A stretch of DNA of 64,000 nucleotides, from assembly GCA_052387675.1 (NCBI GenBank), contig JBQTIY010000001.1, positions 160,227 through 224,226 of the forward strand, read 5' to 3'. Numbering within the stretch: the stretch's first letter is position 1; each line of letters opens with the position of its first letter. Below are positions 19,227 to 27,281 of this stretch, one piece after another. Source of the stretch: Planctomycetota bacterium (GTDB lineage: Bacteria > Planctomycetota > B15-G4). The notes below the pieces were generated by a model. It saw only the letters and a program-made list of their open reading frames with translations. It ran no database searches and was not told the DNA's origin. The translations under genes were made by a program, and so were the position numbers.

Positions 19227-22016
19227 CTAGGCCGAGGGCAGCGCCGGCGAGGCGAGCGTGCGCTTGACCTCGCTGACCTCGAAGGCCTCGAGCACGTCGT
19301 CCTTGCGGATGTCGTCGTAGCCCGCGAGATGCAGACCGCACTCGTAGTTCTCCTTGACCTCCTTGACGTCGTCCTTGAAGCGCTTGAGGCTTTCGAGGCG
19401 GCCGGTCCAGAGCACCTTGCCGTCGCGCGACAGGCGCACGCGGCTCTCGCGGTTGATCGTGCCGTCGGTGACGTAGCAGCCGGCGATGCTGCCGTAGCGC
19501 GAAATCTTGAAGACCTCGCGGATGGTGGCGTGGCCGGTGACAGTCTCGACGCGGTCGGGGGCCAGCTCGCCCTCGAGAGCCTTCTCGAGATCGTCGGTCA
19601 TCTCGTAGATGACCTCGTAGTACTTGACCTCGACGCCAGTGCGCGCCAGGGCTTGGCGTGCGTTGGCGTCGGCCGTCACGGCGAAGCCGATGATCAGCGC
19701 CTTGCTCGCGCTGGCCAGCAGCACGTCGTCTTCGGTCACGCCGCCCACTGCGGCGCGGATGACCTTGAAGCGCACTTCGGGGTGCGTCAGCTCCTCGACC
19801 GTGCGGCGCAGCACGTCGAGCGTGCCGTGCGCGTCGGCCTTGATCATCACGTTGATCTCGGTGACCTTTTGCGCGGCGATGGTCGTGTAGAGGTTCTCCA
19901 TCGTCACGGCGTCCACCGCAGCCGGCACGGCCAGCTTGGCGCGCGCGGCTTCGGCGCGCTCGCGCACCACGGCGCGGGCCTCGTCGATGTCCTCCACGGC
20001 CACAACTTCGCTGCCCGCCTCGGGCGGGGTCTCGAAGCCCAGCACCTGCACCGGCACCGAGGGCCCGGCCTCTTCGAGGCGCCGGTCCTGGTCGTCGAGC
20101 ATGTAGCGCACGCGCCCCACCGCGCTGCCCGCGATGAGCGCATCCTTGGCGCGCAGCGTGCCGTTCCGGACCACCACGGTGGCCACGATGCCGAGTTTGG
20201 AATCCTTGCGCGAGTCCACGACGACTCCGCGCGCGGGCACATTGGGATCGGCGCGCAGTTCCAGGATTTCGGTCTCGAGCGCGAGGCGCTCGACGAGTTC
20301 CTGCAGGCCCTTGCCGGTCGTGGCCGAGCACTCCACCACGCCCACTTCGCCGCCCCAGTCTTCCACCATCACGCCGGAGGAGGCCAGCTTCTGGCGCACC
20401 ATGCGCACATCGGCATTGGACTTGTCCACCTTGTTAATGGCCACCAGCATCGGCACGCCGGCCGCCTTGGCGTGGTCGATGGCCTCGAGCGTCTGCTCCA
20501 TGGGGCCGTCGTCGGCCGCCACCACGAGCACGGCCACGTCGGTGAGCCGCGCGCCGCGGGCGCGCATCTCGGTGAAGGCCTTGTGGCCCGGCGTGTCGAG
20601 GAAGGTGACCGCCGCGCCGGAAGCCGTGCGCACGAGGTAGGCCGAGGTGCGCTGCGTGATGCCGCCCGCTTCGCCTGCCGCGACGCGGGTCTTGCGCAAC
20701 GCATCGAGCAGCGAGGTCTTGCCGTGGTCGACGTGGCCCATGACCGCCACGACCGGCGGCCGCGGCAGGAGCTCGCCGGCCAGCTCGCGCGTGCGCTGGT
20801 TCTCGCTCAGCATGAGCCGGTCCCAGGCCGTTTGCGCGGGCTCGACCGTGATCTCGCGCTCCAGCTTCACGGCCAGTTCGAGGAGCTGGTCGGCGTCGAG
20901 CATGGCGTTCTTGTCGCGCGGGTCGAAGGTGCCCGGGAACTGCATCAGAATCTCGCGCGCCTTCAAGCCGAGCAGCTCGGAGAGGTCACGCACGCCGATG
21001 GGCGCATGCACGCTGATCGCGTGCGTGGGCGCATCCGCCGGACGGCGGCTCTTGCGCATGCCGCCACCCACCGAACGCCGCACCGGAGGACGCCGCGTGC
21101 TCGGCCGGCGCTGCCCGGACAGATGTCCGATGCGCAGGGCCGCCAGCGACGAGTTGTCGTCCGGATCGAAGACCCACTCGTAGCCCGAGGGCTTGCCGGC
21201 ATCCTTGCTTTTGGCCTTGCGCTGCGCTTCGGTCTCCGCCGAGGCCGCCGCTCCGCGCTTGGGCGGGCCGGCCGGCGCGCCGGGGCGACGGTTGGCGGGC
21301 CGCGTCGGATCGAGCGGGTCGAACTCCACCGGCTCGGTGCCGGGCGGGCGCGGACGCTGCACGACAACCTTGGGCTTGAGTTCGATGCGACCAAGAATGC
21401 GTGCGCCGCGGCGACGCGTGGGACCGGAGGCGGCCGCACCACCGGCGGCCGGCTGGCCTTCCGTCGCGGCTTCCGCCTCGCCTTCGGGGTTCTCGACGGC
21501 CTTTTGCTCGTCGGCATTCGCGGGCAGAGCCACGTGTCCGCCGATGGTCACCACAACTTTGCGCGAAACCTCGTCGGGAGTCGCGGTCGGAGCCGCCGTC
21601 GCGGAGCCGGCCGGCGCCACCGCTTCGGCGGCCGGCGCGGAAGTCGCCGCCCCGGAGGCTGCGGCGTGGACGGGCGGCGCATCGAGTACGGGCGCGGTGG
21701 GCGCATCGGCTACGCCCTCGGCGGGGCCCTGCGCGGGCACGGCTTCGGTGATTGAGGCCGGAGCGGCAGGCTGCTCAGGCGGTACGAGCGCCGCAGCGGC
21801 TTCCGCGTCCGCGGCCTTCTGCTTGGCGGCCTTCTTGGCGGCCTTAGCGGCGAGCTCTTCGAGCTCCTCGCGCCACGCGGCGCGCAAGATCGACTCGGTG
21901 CCCTTCTCCACATTGGAGGAGGCGGTCTTGATGCCGAGGCCGCCGAGTTCTTTCGCAATCGCCAGGAGGCGCTTGCTCTCCGCGTTCAACTCCTTGGCAA
22001 GTTCGCTCAGTCTCAC
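19227..22016 (-). CDS. infB: Translation initiation factor IF-2
   Basis: 929 aa. G-domain motifs AVMGHVDHGKTSLLDALR, DTPGH, NKVD, and the conserved C-terminal domains. Canonical nusA-infB-rbfA order. Confidence 0.97.
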   Translation of the reverse strand: MRLSELAKELNAESKRLLAIAKELGGLGIKTASSNVEKGTESILRAAWREELEELAAKAAKKAAKQKAADAEAAAALVPPEQPAAPASITEAVPAQGPAEGVADAPTAPVLDAPPVHAAASGAATSAPAAEAVAPAGSATAAPTATPDEVSRKVVVTIGGHVALPANADEQKAVENPEGEAEAATEGQPAAGGAAASGPTRRRGARILGRIELKPKVVVQRPRPPGTEPVEFDPLDPTRPANRRPGAPAGPPKRGAAASAETEAQRKAKSKDAGKPSGYEWVFDPDDNSSLAALRIGHLSGQRRPSTRRPPVRRSVGGGMRKSRRPADAPTHAISVHAPIGVRDLSELLGLKAREILMQFPGTFDPRDKNAMLDADQLLELAVKLEREITVEPAQTAWDRLMLSENQRTRELAGELLPRPPVVAVMGHVDHGKTSLLDALRKTRVAAGEAGGITQRTSAYLVRTASGAAVTFLDTPGHKAFTEMRARGARLTDVAVLVVAADDGPMEQTLEAIDHAKAAGVPMLVAINKVDKSNADVRMVRQKLASSGVMVEDWGGEVGVVECSATTGKGLQELVERLALETEILELRADPNVPARGVVVDSRKDSKLGIVATVVVRNGTLRAKDALIAGSAVGRVRYMLDDQDRRLEEAGPSVPVQVLGFETPPEAGSEVVAVEDIDEARAVVRERAEAARAKLAVPAAVDAVTMENLYTTIAAQKVTEINVMIKADAHGTLDVLRRTVEELTHPEVRFKVIRAAVGGVTEDDVLLASASKALIIGFAVTADANARQALARTGVEVKYYEVIYEMTDDLEKALEGELAPDRVETVTGHATIREVFKISRYGSIAGCYVTDGTINRESRVRLSRDGKVLWTGRLESLKRFKDDVKEVKENYECGLHLAGYDDIRKDDVLEAFEVSEVKRTLASPALPSA

Positions 22017-22022
22017 GGGACA

Positions 22023-23105
22023 TCACTCCGCCTTGGACGACGCGACGTCGTCGGACACTGAATCATTCCCGCCGGGCTGGGCGGCCGGCGCCGCGACAGC
22101 AGGCGCCGCCACGACCGGACTCGGCGCCACAGGCGGCGCGATGAGGTTGCCCTGATCGTCACGCGCGCTGTGCGGCATCTGGGTCACGCCTTCAATCTTG
22201 ATGTCCCAGCCGGTGAGCCGCGTGGCGAGGCGCACGTTCTGCCCCTTGCGGCCGATGGCCAGCGCGAGCTGGTCGTCGGGGACCACAACGCGCGCGATCT
22301 TGGTGGCTGGATCGAGCGAGAGCGAGGCGAGCTGCGCGGGGCGCAGCGCGTTCGCGATGAGGTCTTCGTGCGACTCGCTCCAGCGGATGATGTCGATCTT
22401 CTCGCCGTTGAGTTCGTCGGTGATGGCCTTGATGCGCGTGCCGCGGATGCCCACGCAGGCGCCCACGCAGTCCACGCGGGCGTCATTGCTGTGCACGGCA
22501 ATCTTGGTGCGGTAGCCCGGCTCGCGGGCAATGCGGCGGATTTCGATGACGCCGTCGGCCACTTCCGGCACTTCCAGCTCGAACAGGCTGCGCACCAGGT
22601 CGGGCGTGACGCGCGAGAGCAGGATGCGCACGCGCGGCCCGATGGCCTTGACCTCGGTGATGATCCCGCGGATGCGGTCGCCCGGCGAATACATCTCGCC
22701 GCGCACGCGTTCGCTGCGCGGGATGAGCGCCTCGGCCTTGCCCACATTGACTACCAGGGAGCCGCCCTCGATGCGCTGGACGGTGCCCAGCACGAGCTGC
22801 CCGAGGCGATGCTCGAACTCCTGGTAGACGGCGGCGTTTTCGGCCTCCCGCAGGCTCTGGATGATGACCTGCTTGGCGGCCTGGGCGGCGATGCGCCCCA
22901 GGTCGATGGCGCCGGTGTCGGCCTCGGCCGTGACCGACATTTCGCCAGTCTGGCGGTCCAGGGTGCAGTGGATCGGCACGCCCTCGCCCACCTTCTTCTG
23001 GATCGCCGCCACCATGGCGGTTTCGATCGTGCGGAAGATCAGCTCGGTGTCGATGTCCTTTTCGAGGTGAATCGACTCGATGATCCGCAGCAGTTCGCTG
23101 TTCAT
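22023..23105 (-). CDS. nusA: Transcription termination/antitermination factor NusA
   Basis: [19 protein letters not shown]... with S1 and KH domains. ATG at 23105 is preceded by a GAGAGGAG Shine-Dalgarno; the ORF-track TTG start at 23126 is an extension. Confidence 0.95.
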   Translation of the reverse strand: MNSELLRIIESIHLEKDIDTELIFRTIETAMVAAIQKKVGEGVPIHCTLDRQTGEMSVTAEADTGAIDLGRIAAQAAKQVIIQSLREAENAAVYQEFEHRLGQLVLGTVQRIEGGSLVVNVGKAEALIPRSERVRGEMYSPGDRIRGIITEVKAIGPRVRILLSRVTPDLVRSLFELEVPEVADGVIEIRRIAREPGYRTKIAVHSNDARVDCVGACVGIRGTRIKAITDELNGEKIDIIRWSESHEDLIANALRPAQLASLSLDPATKIARVVVPDDQLALAIGRKGQNVRLATRLTGWDIKIEGVTQMPHSARDDQGNLIAPPVAPSPVVAAPAVAAPAAQPGGNDSVSDDVASSKAE

Positions 23106-23189
23106 GGTCGGTCTCCTCTCAGGCAAGGGTTTTCAGGCAGGGTCGTCGGAATGCAACGCTCCCGCGCCAGCCGGCCTGAAAACGAAAAC

Positions 23190-23209
23190 AAGTGGGCCGA
23201 GACCCACTT
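23190..23209 (-). promoter_or_regulatory. Intrinsic-terminator-like hairpin plus U-run in the nusA 5' leader (candidate attenuator)
   Basis: The minus-strand RNA reads AAGUGGGUCUCGGCCCACUU (7-bp stem) followed by GUUUUCGUUUUC, about 85 nt upstream of the nusA ATG. There is no upstream same-strand gene for it to terminate, because the neighbouring gene is divergent. Confidence 0.35.
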
Positions 23210-23285
23210 GCACTCACTCACAGGACGGGTACGCGGGAGCCCGGTATTAGGCGCTTTACGCGGCGGGCCTGTCAAGGTGGCCGCC

Positions 23286-23315
23286 TTGACGCTTTGTGCA
23301 CTGCGCACCTAGAAT
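23286..23315 (+). promoter_or_regulatory. Sigma70-like promoter (TTGACG - 18 nt - TAGAAT) for the HPS-RraA/thiS operon
   Basis: -35 TTGACG at 23286-23291, -10 TAGAAT at 23310-23315. A GAAA-tetraloop hairpin (CGCGGC-GAAA-GCCGCG, about 23336-23351) sits in the predicted leader before the ATG at 23376. Confidence 0.4.
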
Positions 23316-23375
23316 TCGCGGTCCGTTTTCCCGCTCGCGGCGAAAGCCGCGGGTTCCTCTGCGCGAGGCGCCGCC

Positions 23376-24821
23376 ATGCCTGTCCCCACTGTCGGCGCTG
23401 GATCGACACCCAAGCCCGGCAACTCGGGCGCAGCCTCCCCCGGCCACGCAGCCGCGCCCGCAGCCGGTCCCGCGGCAGGCGGTCGCCCGCGGCTGCAAGT
23501 CGCGCTCGACTTTCTCATTCTCAGCCGCGCACTGAAGGCGGCCGAGGAGGCCGTGGCCGGCGGCGCCGACATCCTGGAAGTCGGCACCCCGCTGCTGAAG
23601 AGCGCCGGCCTCGACGCGGTGCGCGCGCTGCGCGAACGCTTCCCCAACATCCCCGTGGTGGCCGACACCAAGACCATGGATGCGGGCCGCGCCGAGATGG
23701 AGATGGCCGCCAAAGCCGGCGCTAGCTTCGCGACGGTGCTGGGCGTTTCTTCGCCCGGCACGATCCGCGAGTGCGTCGAGGTGGGCAAAAACTACGGCAT
23801 CACCGTGGTCGTGGACCTGGTCGGCACGGCCGATCCGGTGGCCACGGCCCGCTTGGCCGCTGAACTGGGCGCCGGAGCGGTGGGCGTGCACTGCGGCATC
23901 GACCAGCAGATGGCGGGGCAGGATCCCTGGACCACCCTGCGCGCTGTGCGCGAGGCGGTCTCGATCACGGTGGCGGTGGCCGGCGGCATCACGGCCGAGT
24001 CGGCCGGCCGCGCGGTGGCCGCCGGCGCCGACATCGTCATCGTGGGCGGCGCCATCACCAAGGCGGCCGATGCCGCGGCAGCCACGCGGGCCATTCGGGC
24101 AGCGCTTGAAGGCGGACGCGGCGCGGCGGGCGCGGCCTCAGCCGGCGCGGGCGGCGCCCCAGGCGCGGCGGGCGCCGCTGGCGCGGGCGCCTTTCGTCGC
24201 TACGGCCCGGCGCAGCTCCGCGAAGCCTTCGCGCAGGTCTCCACCTCCAATCTCTCCGACGCCATGCATCGCGGCGGCGCACTCGAAGGCCTGCAGTCCC
24301 TCGTGCTCGGCAAGCACATGGTCGGGCGCGTGCTCACCGTGCGCACTTACCCCGGCGATTGGGCCAAGCCGGTGGAGGCCATTGATCAGGCGCAGCCGGG
24401 CGATGTGCTGGTCATCGACGCGGGCGGCCGCGGCCCGGCCGTCTGGGGTGAACTTGCCACCGAGAGCTGCCTGCAGCGCAAGCTTGCGGGCGTGGTCATC
24501 GACGGCGCCATCCGCGATGTGGATGCCATCCGCGCGCTCGGCTTCCCCGCCTTCGCGCGGCTGGCCTGTCCCAATGCCTGGGAGCCCAAGGGCTTTGGCG
24601 AAATCGGCGCGCCGGTGACGGTGGGCGGCGTGCGCGTCGCGACCGGCGACTGGATCGTGGGCGACGACAGCGGCCTCGTGCACGTGCCCGCCGAGCGCGC
24701 CGTGGAGATCGCCAACCGCGCTCTCGACGTGCTGGAGATGGAGAATCGCGTGCGCGGCGAGATTCGCGCCGGCCGCACGCTGGCCTCGATCATGGAGCTG
24801 TACCGGTGGGAGAAGTCCTGA
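23376..24821 (+). CDS. Bifunctional fusion: 3-hexulose-6-phosphate synthase (HxlA/KGPDC, OMP-decarboxylase fold) + RraA-like (class II aldolase/decarboxylase, RraA/MenG family) domain
   Basis: N-domain LQVALDFL..ADILEVGTPLLK..VVADTKTMDAG..VLGVSSPGTIRECVEVGKNYGITVVVDLVG..VIVGGAITKAADAAAATRAI is nearly colinear with B. subtilis HxlA. After a G/A-rich linker, the C-domain AMHRGGALEGL..QPGDVLVIDAGG..AVWGELATESCLQRKLAGVVIDGAIRDVDAIRALGFPAFAR is an RraA-like fold. The N-terminal 40 aa are P/A-rich, so the true start may be later. Confidence 0.8.
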   Translation: MPVPTVGAGSTPKPGNSGAASPGHAAAPAAGPAAGGRPRLQVALDFLILSRALKAAEEAVAGGADILEVGTPLLKSAGLDAVRALRERFPNIPVVADTKTMDAGRAEMEMAAKAGASFATVLGVSSPGTIRECVEVGKNYGITVVVDLVGTADPVATARLAAELGAGAVGVHCGIDQQMAGQDPWTTLRAVREAVSITVAVAGGITAESAGRAVAAGADIVIVGGAITKAADAAAATRAIRAALEGGRGAAGAASAGAGGAPGAAGAAGAGAFRRYGPAQLREAFAQVSTSNLSDAMHRGGALEGLQSLVLGKHMVGRVLTVRTYPGDWAKPVEAIDQAQPGDVLVIDAGGRGPAVWGELATESCLQRKLAGVVIDGAIRDVDAIRALGFPAFARLACPNAWEPKGFGEIGAPVTVGGVRVATGDWIVGDDSGLVHVPAERAVEIANRALDVLEMENRVRGEIRAGRTLASIMELYRWEKS

Positions 24822-25072
24822 GCGGCCAGCCGGTGCGCGCTGACGGCTCACGCGAGGGCGCGACCACGCTGCTCCGCGTCACGCTGAACGGCGAGCCGCG
24901 CGAGCTGCCCGCCGGCACGACCGTGGCCGAGTTACTCGCCCTGCTCGGCGCCACGGGCAAGCCCTGCGCCGTGGAAATCGACCGCGTCATCGTGCCGCGC
25001 AGCGCGCACGCCACGCGCTCCATCACCGCGGGCAACGCCATCGAAGTCGTGAGCTTCGTCGGCGGTGGCTGA
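24806..25072 (+). CDS. thiS: Sulfur carrier protein ThiS
   Basis: The C-terminal 66 aa LRVTLNGEPRELPAGTTVAELLALLG...AIEVVSFVGGG have the ubiquitin-like ThiS length and the terminal GG. The annotated ATG gives an N-terminal extension; the true start may be a non-ATG codon further in. Confidence 0.8.
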   Translation: MGEVLSGQPVRADGSREGATTLLRVTLNGEPRELPAGTTVAELLALLGATGKPCAVEIDRVIVPRSAHATRSITAGNAIEVVSFVGGG

Positions 25073-25129
25073 CTAGACGAGCGCCAAGAAGGATTCACGC
25101 GGTCGCCCGCTTAACCCTTGAGCGTCGGC

Positions 25130-25717
25130 TTAGGCCTTGCGCGTCGCTTGCCGCCAGCGTTCGAGCAGCGGCAACTCCACAGCCTCCGCGAACTCCCGCA
25201 GTGTTCGCTCGATGAAGGCGAGGTCCAGCTTTGGCTGTCGAGCCACCACCGAGCGCACGTCTTCGAGGTCGCGCTCTCGTCCGGCGATGACCTTGTGGAT
25301 CACCAGATCCTCCGGCGAAACGAAGCGCACGGCCACGGCCCCCATGTGCACGGTCCGCGCCCGCCGCAGAGCCTGCTGCTCGTAGTCCGAGTCGGAGAAG
25401 ACGAGGTCCACGCGCATGCCGCTCGCGGCGTCCGAGCAAGGCAGGACCATGGTCTCGCGCGCAAAGGTTTGGGGATCGACAAGCGCTTGCAGCCCCGCGG
25501 CCTGGGCTGCTGCAACGACCTCGGCCAAACGGTCGAGCGATGCGCCGAGCGTGATGTCGATGTCCCTCGTCAGGCGTGGCTCGCCGTGCACGAGTACAGC
25601 CTGCCCGCCGATCACCATGTAGGGCACGCGCGCCGCGTCCAGCGCGCTGGCGATCCGGCCCAGGATCTCAGAGATCACGGAAGACTCGCGCCCGCCGAAT
25701 GTCCTCCTCGATGCCAT
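25130..25717 (-). CDS. Short AbiEii-like nucleotidyltransferase-fold protein (paralog of 14732-15358)
   Basis: 195 aa. MVIGGQAVLVHGEPRLTRDIDITL (GGxAL + RxTxDIDI) and C-terminal IHKVIAGRERDLEDV (K..A..R.RD..D, AbiEii motif III-like). An alternative GTG start at 25678 lies just after the upstream small gene's stop. Confidence 0.65.
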   Translation of the reverse strand: MASRRTFGGRESSVISEILGRIASALDAARVPYMVIGGQAVLVHGEPRLTRDIDITLGASLDRLAEVVAAAQAAGLQALVDPQTFARETMVLPCSDAASGMRVDLVFSDSDYEQQALRRARTVHMGAVAVRFVSPEDLVIHKVIAGRERDLEDVRSVVARQPKLDLAFIERTLREFAEAVELPLLERWRQATRKA

Positions 25718-25862
25718 CGAGCGGATCCTTCAGTGGGATGACGCCGAGTTGCCGGGCCTCCTCGAGCAGCAGTTCGTGGATGCGGAAGTTCTCTTCGACA
25801 TCCAGGGGCCGCGCGAGTTGGTCACGCTCGAAGTCGTCGAGGAGCTTGCAGCGGCGAATCAT
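25668..25862 (-). CDS. Small alpha-helical protein (64 aa), putative partner of the downstream NTase
   Basis: MIRRCKLLDDFERDQLARPLDVEENFRIHELLLEEARQLG...; it overlaps or abuts the NTase start (GTGATCTCTGA arrangement). Weakly similar to the protein at 14512-14742. Confidence 0.45.
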   Translation of the reverse strand: MIRRCKLLDDFERDQLARPLDVEENFRIHELLLEEARQLGVIPLKDPLDGIEEDIRRARVFRDL

Positions 25863-25871
25863 GGCCCCATC

Positions 25872-26417
25872 TTAGAGCATCGACTCCACAACGTTGCGCG
25901 CCCACTCCGGCAATTCGCGGTAGCGCTCGAGCGGCTCGCTCCGCTTGCTGTAGTAGCGCGCCATGCCGCCTTGGTAGAGCACGGCCACGGCCAGAACCGT
26001 GGCGTAGAAGACATTGGTCATGGACTCCACCATCGCCGCCACATCGAGACCGCCGGCGGCGCCGCCGACAGCCTTCTGCAGTTCGGCTCCGCTGGGACGT
26101 AGCAGCGTGAGCTGCAACAGGGCATAGGCCGCCAACGCACCCAGGAGCGCGAGTTCGCCGTGCGCCAGAGCCTGCGGCGCCAGCGGGTCGGCGTGCAGGA
26201 GGCGCACTCCCCAGCGCCGCTCGCGCAGCCCCACCACCAGCACGACAGTGCCCAAGGCCAGCCCGACGAACTGGCCTACGGAGAAGAACTCCGAGGTCAG
26301 CAAGGCGAAGAGCAGCGTCAGCGCGCCGAAGGCGGCCAGCGAGCCGCCGTTGCTGCGCGCGAGCGCCGCGGCGCGGACCAGCGGACGATGCAGCTCCGCC
26401 GCGTGCGCGAGCAGCAC
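25872..26417 (-). CDS. Integral membrane protein (about 181 aa, 4 TM), divergent from thiG
   Basis: This is the C-terminal part of the 483-aa ORF-track ORF; the remainder of that ORF is antisense to thiG. Hydrophobic helices LAAFGALTLLFALL, VGLALGTVVLVVGL, LALLGALAAYALLQLTLL, VFYATVLAVAVLY. The start is placed at an in-frame GTG (26417) because there is no ATG. Confidence 0.45.
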   Translation of the reverse strand: MLLAHAAELHRPLVRAAALARSNGGSLAAFGALTLLFALLTSEFFSVGQFVGLALGTVVLVVGLRERRWGVRLLHADPLAPQALAHGELALLGALAAYALLQLTLLRPSGAELQKAVGGAAGGLDVAAMVESMTNVFYATVLAVAVLYQGGMARYYSKRSEPLERYRELPEWARNVVESML

Positions 26418-26495
26418 GCGATCCTTTTCGCTCAGCGGGTCGGCCGACGTCGTGATGCAGGCAGAGAGTAGCGGTCGGAGGCTAGAATCGCCGCC

Positions 26496-27281
26496 ATGAT
26501 TCCCGGCGACTCTCCGCTCGTCATCGGCGCGCACAGCTTCCGGTCGCGGCTCTTCGTGGGCACCGGCAAGTACCGCAGCTTGGAGCAGATGCGGGCCGCC
26601 GTGGACGCCTCCGGCACCGAATGCGTCACCGTGGCGGTGCGCCGGATCGGCACGCCCGGCAGTGAATCGCTCTTGGAACACCTGGATCTGACGCGCATCA
26701 CACTGCTGCCCAACACCGCCGGCTGCTACAGCGCCGACGATGCGCTGCGCACGGCGCGCCTCGCGCGCGAAGCCCTCGGCTCCGACTTGGTGAAGCTCGA
26801 AGTTCTGGCCGATCCGCAGACGCTCTTGCCTGAACCCATCGAGACGCTCGCCGCGGCGAAGCAGCTCGTGCGCGAGGGCTTCACCGTGCTGGCCTACACC
26901 ACCGACGACCCGATCATCGCGCGGCGCCTCGAAGAGGCCGGCTGCGCGGCCGTCATGCCGCTCGGCGCCCCCATCGGCAGCGGCCTGGGGATCCTCAATC
27001 CGCGCAACATCGCGGCGATCAAGGCCGCGGCCCGCGTGCCGATCATCGTCGACGCGGGCGTGGGCACGGCCAGCGATGTCTCGGTGGCCTTCGAACTGGG
27101 CGTGGACGGCGTGCTGCTCAACACCGGCATTGCGCTGGCCGACGACCCGGTGCTCATGGCGCGCGCGATGCAGCATGCCTGGCTGGCCGGACGCGCGGCG
27201 TGGCTGGCCGGCCGCATGCCGCGTCGCGCGCAGGCCGCGCCGAGTTCGCCCACGCAGGGCACGATTGCGGCGAGTGCGTGA
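26496..27281 (+). CDS. thiG: Thiazole synthase
   Basis: [26 protein letters not shown]...VKLEVLAD...[27 protein letters not shown], a full-length ThiG TIM-barrel match. Confidence 0.95.
   Translation: MIPGDSPLVIGAHSFRSRLFVGTGKYRSLEQMRAAVDASGTECVTVAVRRIGTPGSESLLEHLDLTRITLLPNTAGCYSADDALRTARLAREALGSDLVKLEVLADPQTLLPEPIETLAAAKQLVREGFTVLAYTTDDPIIARRLEEAGCAAVMPLGAPIGSGLGILNPRNIAAIKAAARVPIIVDAGVGTASDVSVAFELGVDGVLLNTGIALADDPVLMARAMQHAWLAGRAAWLAGRMPRRAQAAPSSPTQGTIAASA

Noticed and set aside
19329-21755. 808-aa plus-strand ORF antisense to infB, and similar long ORFs at 17145-18878, 19153-20331, 22170-23312
   Set aside because: Antisense to infB, nusA or the GMC fusion gene; composition dominated by R/A/G/H with no domain signatures.
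23127-23375. Searched for a TPP riboswitch, and for rimP or tRNA-fMet upstream of nusA as in E. coli
   Set aside because: No TPP-riboswitch hallmarks and no tRNA-like T-arm (GTTCGAATC) were seen. The region is a 250-nt divergent intergenic spacer with a promoter and hairpins only.
23376-24000. Considered whether the N-terminal domain of the 481-aa protein is thiamine-phosphate synthase ThiE (also a TIM barrel), given the thi neighbourhood
   Set aside because: The sequence is near-colinear with HxlA/KGPDC (LQVALD, EVGTPL, ADxKTMDAG, VIVGGAITKAAD) and lacks ThiE motifs. It is called HPS-like.
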